64,000 nt of DNA, taken from contig JBAUWJ010000279.1 of assembly GCA_049583715.1 (NCBI GenBank), forward strand, positions 8,172 through 72,171, read 5' to 3'. The stretch comes from Arenicellales bacterium. Its GTDB lineage: Bacteria; Pseudomonadota; Gammaproteobacteria; Arenicellales; JAANXG01. Below, piece after piece: positions 48,846-57,758 of the stretch. The notes under the pieces are model-generated. The model was not told the DNA's origin. It made no database searches and was given only the letters and a program-made list of their open reading frames with translations. Made by a program: the position numbers and the translations under genes. Numbering within the stretch: position 1 is the stretch's first letter; every line of letters starts with the position of its first letter.

Positions 48846-49053
48846 GAATTACCCCAAGACAAGGGATCGGTCCGGCAGAGAAAGAAGGTACGAACAAGGG
48901 AAGCGTTCGTCGGCGCCTCGACGCCGGCTTGCGAGCCCGGCGAGCGAACAATTACCACATCAAGCAGGCCCGCGCAAATTGCCAGGGAGCGGCGCCTGGG
49001 CGAGAGCACCAACAATGAGCGGCCTCAACTTCCGATACGGCCGTGCTCTGACC

Positions 49054-50040
49054 TCAACTTCGAGAGATCTGATGGACCGGTATATAGAGACTCGGCGTCC
49101 AATCATCCTCGTCGTCGAAGGTCAGTCGCACCCGTTCCGCCTGAGGAGCCCCCCGCCGCCAGATGTAGATTTCTCTCCTGCCCCACATGGCACCGCCGAT
49201 CAGTACCTTGCCGTCGAACACGACCCAGTGACCGTCGGCAGAAACCCTGGCGTCGTACGCATAGTATCGAAACAAGCTGTCGAGGCCCACGAGGAACTTG
49301 GAAGGGCCGATGGCGCCGCTTTCGAAATCGAAGGGCGCCGCGACAATCGGCCTGTCCGCTGTGCGGGCAGTGCTGAATATCTCCCTGCCATCGAAGGACC
49401 AGGAAGGCGCACAGTCTCCGCGCTTCATCTGTTCGTTGGCGAGGATCCGGCCTCTTCGAAGATCCACGACGAAGCTCGCGTGGCCGGGCCGCTCGCGGAA
49501 CATCAGCAGGTATCGCCCCCGGGGATGCAGCTCGGCCGCCTGCGAGACGGGTTGACCGTTTCCCGGGGCTCTCCGTGCATCGAAAATCACCCGCGTCCCA
49601 CCGTCGCCGAGATCGTGGAGCACGACCTGGTAGCCCCCTCCCACGATGGCGGTGACACCTTTTCCATCGCCTGTCCAGTCCGCCGTGTGAGCGTTTCGAA
49701 GCAGTCGCCGCCTGTGCGAGAAGTCCGCGTCCATCACCCAGATCTCCCGGCCCTGGCCGTAGACGATCCGTTCTCCGGCCGGGGACCAGCGCGGCCGGTC
49801 GGCCTTGACTCCCTCCGGGGTCAGCGCCCGCGGATCCCAATGGTCGAGGCGGGTGTGGTAGATACGCCCGCCGCCTACCCACAGCAGACGCGCCTGTGGC
49901 AGGCTCGCGCCGATTCGGCGGCGGGCTCTGCGGTCGTCGGGGGACATTCTCAGGGCAGCGGCACCGCTCTCGCCCGTTCGTCCCATCAGCACGGATGCCG
50001 CAGCGGCGCCGGCCAAACGTATGACTGTTCGCCGCCTCAT
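49054..50040 (-). CDS. PD40/TolB-like beta-propeller repeat protein, secreted
   Basis: 328 aa. The N-terminus MRRRTVIRLAGAAAASVLMG is a signal peptide, possibly Tat-type. Repeated …P.WSPDG…I.F…-like blades are present (RPRWSPAGERIVY, APSWSFDGREIFS, ARVSADGHWVVF). Confidence 0.7.
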   Translation of the reverse strand: MRRRTVIRLAGAAAASVLMGRTGESGAAALRMSPDDRRARRRIGASLPQARLLWVGGGRIYHTRLDHWDPRALTPEGVKADRPRWSPAGERIVYGQGREIWVMDADFSHRRRLLRNAHTADWTGDGKGVTAIVGGGYQVVLHDLGDGGTRVIFDARRAPGNGQPVSQAAELHPRGRYLLMFRERPGHASFVVDLRRGRILANEQMKRGDCAPSWSFDGREIFSTARTADRPIVAAPFDFESGAIGPSKFLVGLDSLFRYYAYDARVSADGHWVVFDGKVLIGGAMWGRREIYIWRRGAPQAERVRLTFDDEDDWTPSLYIPVHQISRS

Positions 50041-50140
50041 GCCTTCAAATCGTTGCCGGGCCGGTCACTGCCCACACACACCCCGGTCCTCGCCCGGATC
50101 CTCGCTCCGCCACCGGTACGGCCCACTTCGGTTGGAGCCA

Positions 50141-51145
50141 TCAAGGTCCTCCCGCCGCCACCGTCGGACGGCCGATCTTTCCCCTCTCGATTACGTAGGC
50201 CAGCCACCACGGCAGCCACGATACAACCTGCAGAATCCGGCCTATCAGAGCGATCGCAATGGATGCCTCGGGCGGCACGCCGGCCAGCGACATCAAGGCG
50301 GCGAAAACGCCTTCGAACAGCCCGAGCCCGTTGATCGAGATCGGGAGCTGGGATACGAGCACCGCCAGAGGCAGCGCTCCGGCCACGTAAAGCAGTCCGA
50401 CGTCGACTCCGAGTCCCCGTGCGATGATCCAGGCGAAGAGGATGGTGAGCATCTGCTCGGCCAGCGTCATCCCGAAGAACTTCACCAGACCTGCCCGGCC
50501 GCTTTCGTAGCTCATGTATGTCGAGTGGACGTCCCGTATCCGCTTGAACACGCCCATGTGCTGCAGCCTGGAAAAAAGCCTGTCGTGAAGAAGCTCGTAA
50601 GGTTTATGACTGAAGGACGCCGCAAACAGCATCGCCGCCCCCAGCAGCACGAGGCCACCCATCCACAGCACGCCCTGAAGCTGTGGGCCGAGACTGGTGA
50701 GCTGCGACAGCAGGACGACTCCGACGAGGCCGAGAACGAGGGCCGACAGGAACCCGATCATCCTCTCTATCACGATGGACGCCACCACCTCCTTATAATC
50801 GAGCCCCGCCCGTGACGTGCAGACCGCACGGATCACATCGGATCCGATGGTCGAGGGTAGAAAGGAGCTCCATATCATGGCGGCACAGTAGATCTTCATA
50901 CCCTTGAAGAGCGGCAGCAACACCCCCCGACCCTTGAGCAGCCACACCCACTTGAAGGTCATCAAGGCGCGGTCCGCAGTGCTCACGGCCACGGCCAGTA
51001 TCACGTAGCGGACGTCGATCCCCGCCATGACACGAAGCAGCTTGTCGATTCCCCCGAACATCCAAACGATGCCGGCGAGCAAACCCAGGGAAATCAACAG
51101 CTTGATTACGAGGCTCATGACCTTCCGCCGATCACGCGCTCCCAC
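50141..51145 (-). CDS. Lysylphosphatidylglycerol-synthase-TM-region family ('flippase-like', UPF0104) membrane protein, paralog 1
   Basis: 334 aa. …VIKLLISLGLLAGIVWMF…LMTFKWVWLLKGRG…MIWSSFLPSTIGSDVIRA… matches the family pattern R/KW..LL…F.N..LP…GGD..R. Confidence 0.75.
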   Translation of the reverse strand: MGARDRRKVMSLVIKLLISLGLLAGIVWMFGGIDKLLRVMAGIDVRYVILAVAVSTADRALMTFKWVWLLKGRGVLLPLFKGMKIYCAAMIWSSFLPSTIGSDVIRAVCTSRAGLDYKEVVASIVIERMIGFLSALVLGLVGVVLLSQLTSLGPQLQGVLWMGGLVLLGAAMLFAASFSHKPYELLHDRLFSRLQHMGVFKRIRDVHSTYMSYESGRAGLVKFFGMTLAEQMLTILFAWIIARGLGVDVGLLYVAGALPLAVLVSQLPISINGLGLFEGVFAALMSLAGVPPEASIAIALIGRILQVVSWLPWWLAYVIERGKIGRPTVAAGGP

Positions 51146-51155
51146 GGCAAGGGGT

Positions 51156-52604
51156 CTACAGGGCGGCCACGAACAGCACGGCCGCCGCGGCGACCACGAC
51201 CCAGGTTACCGGATCGCGCACGGCGAAGACCAGCGGATCATCGTGCATCCGGTCCCGGATGGTAGCCAGCCACAGGCTGCACTGCCAGAACAGGATGAGC
51301 GGCACGACCAGCAGCAGGGACGAGGGCCGGGAATAGAGCTGGTGCACGTCCGGGCTCGTGGTGTAGAGGCCGAAGACCACGGCCGCGGTGACGCTGCAGG
51401 CGATTCCGAGCGGCAGCAGCAACTGCTCGTCGCCGGTGCGATATCCCCGCCCCGCGGCGACGGTCTTCCCGCTGGCACCCAAGGCGCGCACCTCCGTAAC
51501 CCGCTTCATTACCGCCAGCGCGAAGAACAGGAACAGCGCAAAGCCGATCAACCAGTAGGACAGATGAATCCCCGTCGCCACACCGCCGGCCAGGATCCGG
51601 GTGCTGTAAAGAACGGTCAGAGTCAGGATATCGAGCAAGGCGATGCGCTTGAGCACGATGGAGTACAGCGTGGTGAGGATGAAGTACCCGAGGAGCACGA
51701 CCGCGACCCTCGAAGAGAGCAGCAAGCTGACCGCCCCACCGGCGAGCAGCAGCGCCGGAAACAGCGACCAGGCCAGGAGCTGCGGAACCGAGCCGGACGC
51801 GATGGGCCGGTGCCGCTTCCGCGGATGGACGCGATCGTATTCGACGTCGAGCAGATCGTTGAGCACGTAAGCCGACGACGCGATCAGGCAGAAGGCGACG
51901 AACACAGCGACCGTGTGCAGTACGACGCCGCTTTCCGCCCATCGGTGTCCTGCCACCACCGGCAGAAACACCAGTCCGTTCTTCAGCCACTGGTGGGGAC
52001 GGACCAGATGTACCAGGGCCGCTACCGAGGACCTCACGGGCGCCGCCCCCGGCAGCGGCTCGACCGCTCCGCCCCCCGCGCCGGCCCGGCGTGCCAGCCG
52101 TTCCGCGTACGGACCGACCGTCCACGCCCGCCTGGCTGCCGCGAACAAAGGCATGTCGGCGTCGGAATCCCCTATGTAGTCGAAACCATCCGGAGCCTCG
52201 TCCAGAAGAACGGCGCGCTTACGCGCCCCCTTGACGTTGTCGTGATCGGTGGTCGCGATGACTCGATCAAAAAGCCCGAGGTGCCCCGCAACGATGTCGG
52301 CCAGACTCCGGTGCGACGCCGTCGCGAGCCATATGGGCCGGCCGCGCGCGTGCTCGGCGCGAAGAAATTCAACGACAGTCTCGTTCCACGGCAGGGAGGC
52401 CGGATCGATTTCGGCCTCCCTCGCTACGCGGGCCTTCAGGGCCGCACGGCCCCGCAACAGTGCGAACAGCAGCCCGGGAAGCCGCCAGGGACGCTGCCGC
52501 AGTATCTGGAGCACACCCTCCGACAGGAGATCCGCACGGATGAGGGTGCCGTCCAGATCGGTGACTAGAGGTCTCGTACTCTCGCTGAACGTGTCGCGCG
52601 TCAC
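51156..52604 (-). CDS. Fusion protein: HAD-IB phosphatase domain + UbiA-family polyprenyl-phosphate phosphoribosyltransferase (DPPR-synthase-like) domain
   Basis: The N-terminal domain has HAD motifs I (VTDLDGTL), II (LATAS), III (K in NVKGARK) and IV (GDSDADMPLF). The C-terminal domain reads LVRPHQWLKNGLVFLPVV…LNDLLDVEYDRVHPRKRHRPIASG…. This is the Asp-rich motif and the context I recall for the decaprenyl-phosphate phosphoribosyltransferase (Rv3806c-like) branch of UbiA. I placed the start at the GTG at 52604, which forms a GTGA overlap with the asnB-like stop. The track ORF start at 52727 would overlap by 127 nt. Confidence 0.8.
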   Translation of the reverse strand: MTRDTFSESTRPLVTDLDGTLIRADLLSEGVLQILRQRPWRLPGLLFALLRGRAALKARVAREAEIDPASLPWNETVVEFLRAEHARGRPIWLATASHRSLADIVAGHLGLFDRVIATTDHDNVKGARKRAVLLDEAPDGFDYIGDSDADMPLFAAARRAWTVGPYAERLARRAGAGGGAVEPLPGAAPVRSSVAALVHLVRPHQWLKNGLVFLPVVAGHRWAESGVVLHTVAVFVAFCLIASSAYVLNDLLDVEYDRVHPRKRHRPIASGSVPQLLAWSLFPALLLAGGAVSLLLSSRVAVVLLGYFILTTLYSIVLKRIALLDILTLTVLYSTRILAGGVATGIHLSYWLIGFALFLFFALAVMKRVTEVRALGASGKTVAAGRGYRTGDEQLLLPLGIACSVTAAVVFGLYTTSPDVHQLYSRPSSLLLVVPLILFWQCSLWLATIRDRMHDDPLVFAVRDPVTWVVVAAAAVLFVAAL

Positions 52605-54556
52605 GCCGCTGCGGATGCGGGTTGCGCCCGTCGCGGCGCCATGGAGTGAATGAGATCGTCTATCTCCTGCTCCGACTGCCCGTCTATGTGCATCCGGTAC
52701 CAGACCTCGGCGTTGCAGAGCTGCCACAGCCGCTGGCCATGGTCGGACCGCCCGTTCAGATGGGCCGCCAGCATGTCATCCACCGCCGGCTTGTGGAAGT
52801 ATCCGGATGCCACCAGCCTGGAATCCTTGAGCAGGGAGCGATAGAGCAGCCGGAATTCGTCCGCCAGCAGATACGTGAGGGGCGAGGAGAATCCCTGCTT
52901 CTTGCGCTTGATCAGGGCTTCGGGCAGATATCGTTCCGCCACGCGGGTCTGGATGTAACGCAGGTGATGGCCGCGTACCTTGTAGCGTGCCGGGATCATG
53001 GCGCAGAATTCCGCGAGCTCATGGTCCATGAACGGTGATCGCGCCTCCAGCCCGTGGGCCATCGTCATGCGGTCGAGAATCATGACGGGATGGTCGGGCA
53101 TTCTGATCATGCTGTCCGCGTACAGCATTCTGTCCACGAGGTCCCTGGCGTTGTCAGCGGCGAAGTAATGTTTGATGGACGCATCCGGATCGAACGCACC
53201 TATGCTTCGTTTGAAGCCGTCGGTGTACAGCCGGTCCCTGTAGCTTTCGGAGAAATAGAAATAGCCGAGGCTCTTTGCGTAGCGCTCACCGGCGGAGTAG
53301 CGGGCCATCTGGTCGACCCATTGCAGCCGATGGCTCATGCTCCGGTACCAGTATCCCTCCGGCACCATCTTGAGAAGCGGCGAGATCACACGCCGCCGAA
53401 GGGCTTCCGGAAGCAGCGCATAATACGAAACGTAGCGGTTTCCGTAGTACCGGTCATAACCACCGAACAACTCATCGCCGCCATCGCCTCCCAGGACCAC
53501 CTTCACATGCCGGCGCGCCAGCTCGGCGATATGATAGAGGCAGGTCGACAAAGGATCCGAGGGCTCGTCCAGATACCGCACCAGCTTCGGCAGCGCCCGG
53601 GCCACGGAGGGCATGATCGTCAGCTCGTGCGCTTCGGTATGGTACTTCCCGGCCACCATCCGCGCGTAGGGAAGCTCGCTGTACGTGTCGTAGGGCACGT
53701 CCCCCGAGAAGGTCTTGAAGGTCCCGCCACCGTGACGACTCATCATTGAGACGACGAGGCTGGAGTCCAGCCCGCCGCTCAGGAACGCACCCACCGGCAC
53801 ATCGCTGACCATGTGGTAGCCGACCGCCTCCTCGATCTTGGCCTCGAGACCGGAAAGCAGGTCGTCGAAGGCGATCTTGTGCTTGGGTTCGTAACGCAGC
53901 TCCCAGTAGCGGCGCAGCTCCACCTCGCCGCCGGCATCGCGCACCATCAGGTGTCCCGGAGGGAGCTTGTGCACACCGCGGAACATCGACCGCGGCGGCG
54001 TGATGATCCGCAGGCTGAGATATTCGTGCAGCGCCGCGTCGTCGACCTCGCGCAGCCGGGGATTCAGAGCCAGCAGAGCCTTGATCTCGGAGGCAAACGC
54101 AACCTCACCGTCCTGGTCCGTGTAATACAGCGGCTTCTGTCCGAGATGATCCCTCGCCACGAGCAGGCGACGCCTTCGAAAATCGTAAATCGCGAACGCG
54201 AACATCCCTCGCAGATGGCTGACGCAGGCATCCCCGTATTCCTCGTAGAGGTGGATGATCGCCTCCGTGTCGCTCTTTGTCCGGAACGAATACCGCGGCT
54301 CGAGGCGGCTGCGAAGCTCCCGGTAGTTGTAGATCTCGCCGTTGAACGTGATCCACACACTGCCGTCGGCATTCGACATGGGCTGGCGCCCGCCGTCCAG
54401 ATCGATGATCGACAGCCGCCGGTGTCCCAGGCCGACGCCCTCCCTGACGAACATTCCCTCCCCGTCCGGCCCCCGATGGCTGATGGCGTCGCTCATGAGC
54501 CGGATCTCGGCTTCACTGACCACCCCGGAGCGAACGATTCCCGCGATTCCGCACAT
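52601..54556 (-). CDS. Asparagine synthase (glutamine-hydrolysing)-family amidotransferase
   Basis: 651 aa. The N-terminus MCGIAGIV has the Ntn Cys2. …HRGPDGEG…GHRRLSIIDL… is present, along with the PP-loop SGGLDSS. Confidence 0.9.
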   Translation of the reverse strand: MCGIAGIVRSGVVSEAEIRLMSDAISHRGPDGEGMFVREGVGLGHRRLSIIDLDGGRQPMSNADGSVWITFNGEIYNYRELRSRLEPRYSFRTKSDTEAIIHLYEEYGDACVSHLRGMFAFAIYDFRRRRLLVARDHLGQKPLYYTDQDGEVAFASEIKALLALNPRLREVDDAALHEYLSLRIITPPRSMFRGVHKLPPGHLMVRDAGGEVELRRYWELRYEPKHKIAFDDLLSGLEAKIEEAVGYHMVSDVPVGAFLSGGLDSSLVVSMMSRHGGGTFKTFSGDVPYDTYSELPYARMVAGKYHTEAHELTIMPSVARALPKLVRYLDEPSDPLSTCLYHIAELARRHVKVVLGGDGGDELFGGYDRYYGNRYVSYYALLPEALRRRVISPLLKMVPEGYWYRSMSHRLQWVDQMARYSAGERYAKSLGYFYFSESYRDRLYTDGFKRSIGAFDPDASIKHYFAADNARDLVDRMLYADSMIRMPDHPVMILDRMTMAHGLEARSPFMDHELAEFCAMIPARYKVRGHHLRYIQTRVAERYLPEALIKRKKQGFSSPLTYLLADEFRLLYRSLLKDSRLVASGYFHKPAVDDMLAAHLNGRSDHGQRLWQLCNAEVWYRMHIDGQSEQEIDDLIHSMAPRRAQPASAAA

Positions 54557-55629
54557 CAGCTTTCGGTCTCCGAACCAAAACCCCCGGCCGCATCTTCGCC
54601 TTCATGCGCGCGGCCGTGCTGTTTGTCAAAGAAGTAGAGGAGCCCGCCGGTCAGGCTGATGGGCAACGTCATTGCCCTCTGCAACAGTACCGTGGTGAGC
54701 GCCGTCTCGTAGCTCACCCCGTAGAACCCGACAAGGTATATAAAGGCACCGTCGACCAGCCCCAGTCCGTTGATGGACAGCGGAATCACCGCGACGACAC
54801 TCAGCACGGCGCAGACCACCGCCAGCTCGTAGTACTGTATCGAGCCGCCGGCCGCCGTAATGAGCAGCATCAGCCACCACACGGTAAACAGATGAAATCC
54901 AAACGACACGAAGATGGCCAGCCGCGTTTTCGCCGGTTGTCGACGGTAGTCGCCCAGATAATCGATCACGTTGCGCAGCAATTCCGGAAACCTCTTCCAG
55001 GCCATCAGCCAGGCGAGGAAACGGCGGTTGGTCACCAACAGCAGAATCGGCGTGCCGCCGGCGATGCCGGTCACGCCCACGAGCACCGCCATGTGCGACA
55101 AGGTATTCGCCTGCAGGGAGTGCCCGATCACAGCGGCTACGAACCCGATAACGAGCAAGGACAGGATCCCGCTCAGACGCTCCATGAATACCGCCAGAAA
55201 CGCGACGGTCTTCGATCGCTGGTTCTTCAGGGTCCGATAGATCCGGTAGCCGTCGCCCCCGATGCTGGTGGGCAGGAAATTATTGAAGAACATGGCGGTA
55301 AAATACAAACGGTGCAACCGCCCGAAATTGAAGCGCGCGCCGTGAATACGCAGCAGGAGCTGCCACTTGTAAGTGCTGATCGTCACACACAGCACGGTGC
55401 AAACGAATACCACGGCCACGAGAAATCCGTCGGCGTCCTCGAGACTCTGCCAGATCCTGCTCCAATTGGCATGCCACACGATCAGGCCGCACAGCAGCGC
55501 CGTAACGACCAGCTTGACGATCAGCAGCAGGCGGGCGCGCCGCGACCCGGAAACGTCCTCTGCCACCGTCGTACGGCTTTGGGCCGCGAAAGAATCTGAA
55601 TCTTTGCTATACACGTCGATTTCGAACAA
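54556..55629 (-). CDS. Lysylphosphatidylglycerol-synthase-TM-region family ('flippase-like', UPF0104) membrane protein, paralog 2
   Basis: 357 aa. The sequence is …LIVKLVVTALLCGLIVW…ISTYKWQLLLRIHG…FFNNFLPTSIGGDGYRIYR…. Its stop overlaps the asnB-like ATG (TGATG). Confidence 0.78.
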   Translation of the reverse strand: MFEIDVYSKDSDSFAAQSRTTVAEDVSGSRRARLLLIVKLVVTALLCGLIVWHANWSRIWQSLEDADGFLVAVVFVCTVLCVTISTYKWQLLLRIHGARFNFGRLHRLYFTAMFFNNFLPTSIGGDGYRIYRTLKNQRSKTVAFLAVFMERLSGILSLLVIGFVAAVIGHSLQANTLSHMAVLVGVTGIAGGTPILLLVTNRRFLAWLMAWKRFPELLRNVIDYLGDYRRQPAKTRLAIFVSFGFHLFTVWWLMLLITAAGGSIQYYELAVVCAVLSVVAVIPLSINGLGLVDGAFIYLVGFYGVSYETALTTVLLQRAMTLPISLTGGLLYFFDKQHGRAHEGEDAAGGFGSETES

Positions 55630-56353
55630 CCTTTGCCGGCACCCCTACGGCGATACCATTGTCCGGTATATCTTTATTTACCAGCGCCGCCGCCCCCACT
55701 ACCGCGCCCGCGCCTACCGACACCCCGTCCAGCACTATGACGCCGGTTCCCAGCCAGGCGCCGGAACCGATGCGAATGGGACCCTTGGAGTAGGCTCCGG
55801 CGTCCATGACCACCTCGGACACATTGTCTACATTGTAGGAGCCGGCGCTCAAATAGCAATTACCGGCCAGCAGTGCGGCCTCGCCGACCTCCACGCCGCT
55901 CAAGGACACGATGGCGGAGTTGCTCCCGATCGTCGTTCGCCTGGAGATGTGTACGGGTCCATTCTTCGCAAGAATCATGCATCCCCGATTCAGGATCACG
56001 CCATCCCCGAGCACGACCCCCGCATCTCCCGCACCGCGCGCGTCGATGATGCAATTCTCGTCAATCGTCACGTTGTCTCCCAGCATGATGCGGCCCGGGT
56101 GCCGAAGGCTCACGTTGCGGCCGACGATGAGCCCTTTCCCCACTTTGCCGAACAGCAGGGGATAAAGCTTCTTACGAAGATAGAAGCCCAGGCCTCCCGG
56201 CATCGGCGCCACCAGCATGATCAAGGCCTCGTACAACAGCAGGTATCCGATGCCCCCTTCCCCCACCGTGAGCTTCCGGTACGTCCTGAAGGGCGAATCC
56301 CGTCCTTCGGCCAGGGTGTCGCGAATGAACGTGCCTTTTTCGATGTCAGCCAT
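55607..56353 (-). CDS. Hexapeptide-repeat (LbH) acyl/acetyltransferase
   Basis: The left-handed beta-helix repeats are (…LIVGRNVSLRHPGRIMLGDNVTIDENCIIDARG…IGSGAWLGTGVIVLDGVSVGAGAVVGAAALV…). I chose the start ATG at 56353 (MADIEKGTFIRD…) over the track start at 56455 because the extra 34 codons are His/Cys/Arg-rich. The start remains uncertain. Confidence 0.8.
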   Translation of the reverse strand: MADIEKGTFIRDTLAEGRDSPFRTYRKLTVGEGGIGYLLLYEALIMLVAPMPGGLGFYLRKKLYPLLFGKVGKGLIVGRNVSLRHPGRIMLGDNVTIDENCIIDARGAGDAGVVLGDGVILNRGCMILAKNGPVHISRRTTIGSNSAIVSLSGVEVGEAALLAGNCYLSAGSYNVDNVSEVVMDAGAYSKGPIRIGSGAWLGTGVIVLDGVSVGAGAVVGAAALVNKDIPDNGIAVGVPAKVVRNRRV

Positions 56354-56461
56354 AGGCTCCAGATCGCATGCCAGCCAGGTGAGCGGATGATAGCAAATCA
56401 GCCGCCGTCGTCCCTGGAGGGCATGGAGGTGTCGGTCGTGGCCGACGCACGACACTGTCCG

Positions 56462-57697
56462 TCACGAAGCGAGAGCCCCCTGGAATACTTCGAGATGACG
56501 TTCGATGAACCGGTCCAGGTAGAAGTTCTTGACATACGCCGCGTTGTGGCTGCTGATTTTGGCGCGTTCGCCGCTGTCCTCATAAAGACGGCAGCAGCAG
56601 CGCGTGAACTCCTCCGTATTCGACAGCGCGATGACACAGCCGGTGCGGCCGTCGCTCAGAAAATCCGTCTGTCCGCCGCGATCATAGCAGACCACGGGCA
56701 GCCCGCATTCCATGGCCTCGAGAAACACGATACCAAAGCCCTCGTGCAACGCCGTGGAAACGTAGATATCCGCCGTTTTCAACAGCTCGAACTTGCGCCG
56801 TTCCGTCACCCTGCCCGCGAACCTCACGGAATCCTCGAGCCCCAGGGCCGCCGCCCGCTGCGCCAGGGCCTGCCCTTCCGGGCCCTCGCCCACGACCAGG
56901 AGCCGGCAGGGAACGCGCGTGCGTATCTTACCCAGTATGTCCAGGAGTTCCGAGACATTTTTCCGCCTGATCAGTCTGCCGACAGTGATCAACACGAACT
57001 CGTCCTCCTTCAAACCCAGGCTCGCGCGGTCCGCGCGAGCCTGGGCATTCGGCTTGACGGCGAGAGGAATGATATCCATCCCCCTTCTTATCCCGTAGTG
57101 GCGGCGCGCCTTCTTCTCGATGTCCGTCGATTCCGCCACCACCCTGTCGGCCGACTCGACCATCTTCTTTACGGTCGCCCTCAACAGCGGCGTCCGGTGT
57201 GGGGAAAGAACCTTGCTGGGATCGTAGATATCGCCTCCCAGGATATGCAGAACGTTCGGGATGGTGAACTTGCGCGACAGGTAGTTCCCGGCCGGTCCCG
57301 ATGGAACGGCGAAGTAGCTGTTGAGGAGGTCGAAGCCGCCGTCTGCGAGCACACGCCCTCCCCGGTTGATCGCCAGTGGAACGTAGCTCAGCATCGATGC
57401 CATGGACGCCACGTTCTGCTGGCGCCGGAACAACACCGGGACCCGATGCAGGGACACACCGTTCATTGTCTCGATCGACGGGCTGTCACGAAATTGCGAC
57501 GTGATCACCGCTACCTCATGCCCTTTCTCAACCAGGCCTTCGGCAAGGTCCCGGCACAGCACGCCCCCTCCACCACCGACGGGCGGGTACTCGTAGTTGA
57601 TCATAAGGATTCTCAAGAGGCGTTGCCCGCGGGCCCGGGCTTCTTCGGCCCGGCTCGTTCGGTCATGCAGGAAACTGTTCAATGGACCCCTCGCCAT
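56462..57697 (-). CDS. Glycosyltransferase family 4 (GT-B, retaining)
   Basis: Motifs present: …ILMINYEYPPVGGGGGV… and …EGFGIVFLEAMECGLPVV…. The true start is probably internal (TTG at 57618 giving MRILMINYEYPP, or ATG at 57606). The longest ORF is given here. Confidence 0.85.
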   Translation of the reverse strand: MARGPLNSFLHDRTSRAEEARARGQRLLRILMINYEYPPVGGGGGVLCRDLAEGLVEKGHEVAVITSQFRDSPSIETMNGVSLHRVPVLFRRQQNVASMASMLSYVPLAINRGGRVLADGGFDLLNSYFAVPSGPAGNYLSRKFTIPNVLHILGGDIYDPSKVLSPHRTPLLRATVKKMVESADRVVAESTDIEKKARRHYGIRRGMDIIPLAVKPNAQARADRASLGLKEDEFVLITVGRLIRRKNVSELLDILGKIRTRVPCRLLVVGEGPEGQALAQRAAALGLEDSVRFAGRVTERRKFELLKTADIYVSTALHEGFGIVFLEAMECGLPVVCYDRGGQTDFLSDGRTGCVIALSNTEEFTRCCCRLYEDSGERAKISSHNAAYVKNFYLDRFIERHLEVFQGALAS

Positions 57698-57758
57698 GCG
57701 ACCCGGCCGCCCGCTCGTCGTTGGCTCGAAACGGACGTCCCGGACGCGAGCGGCCCGT

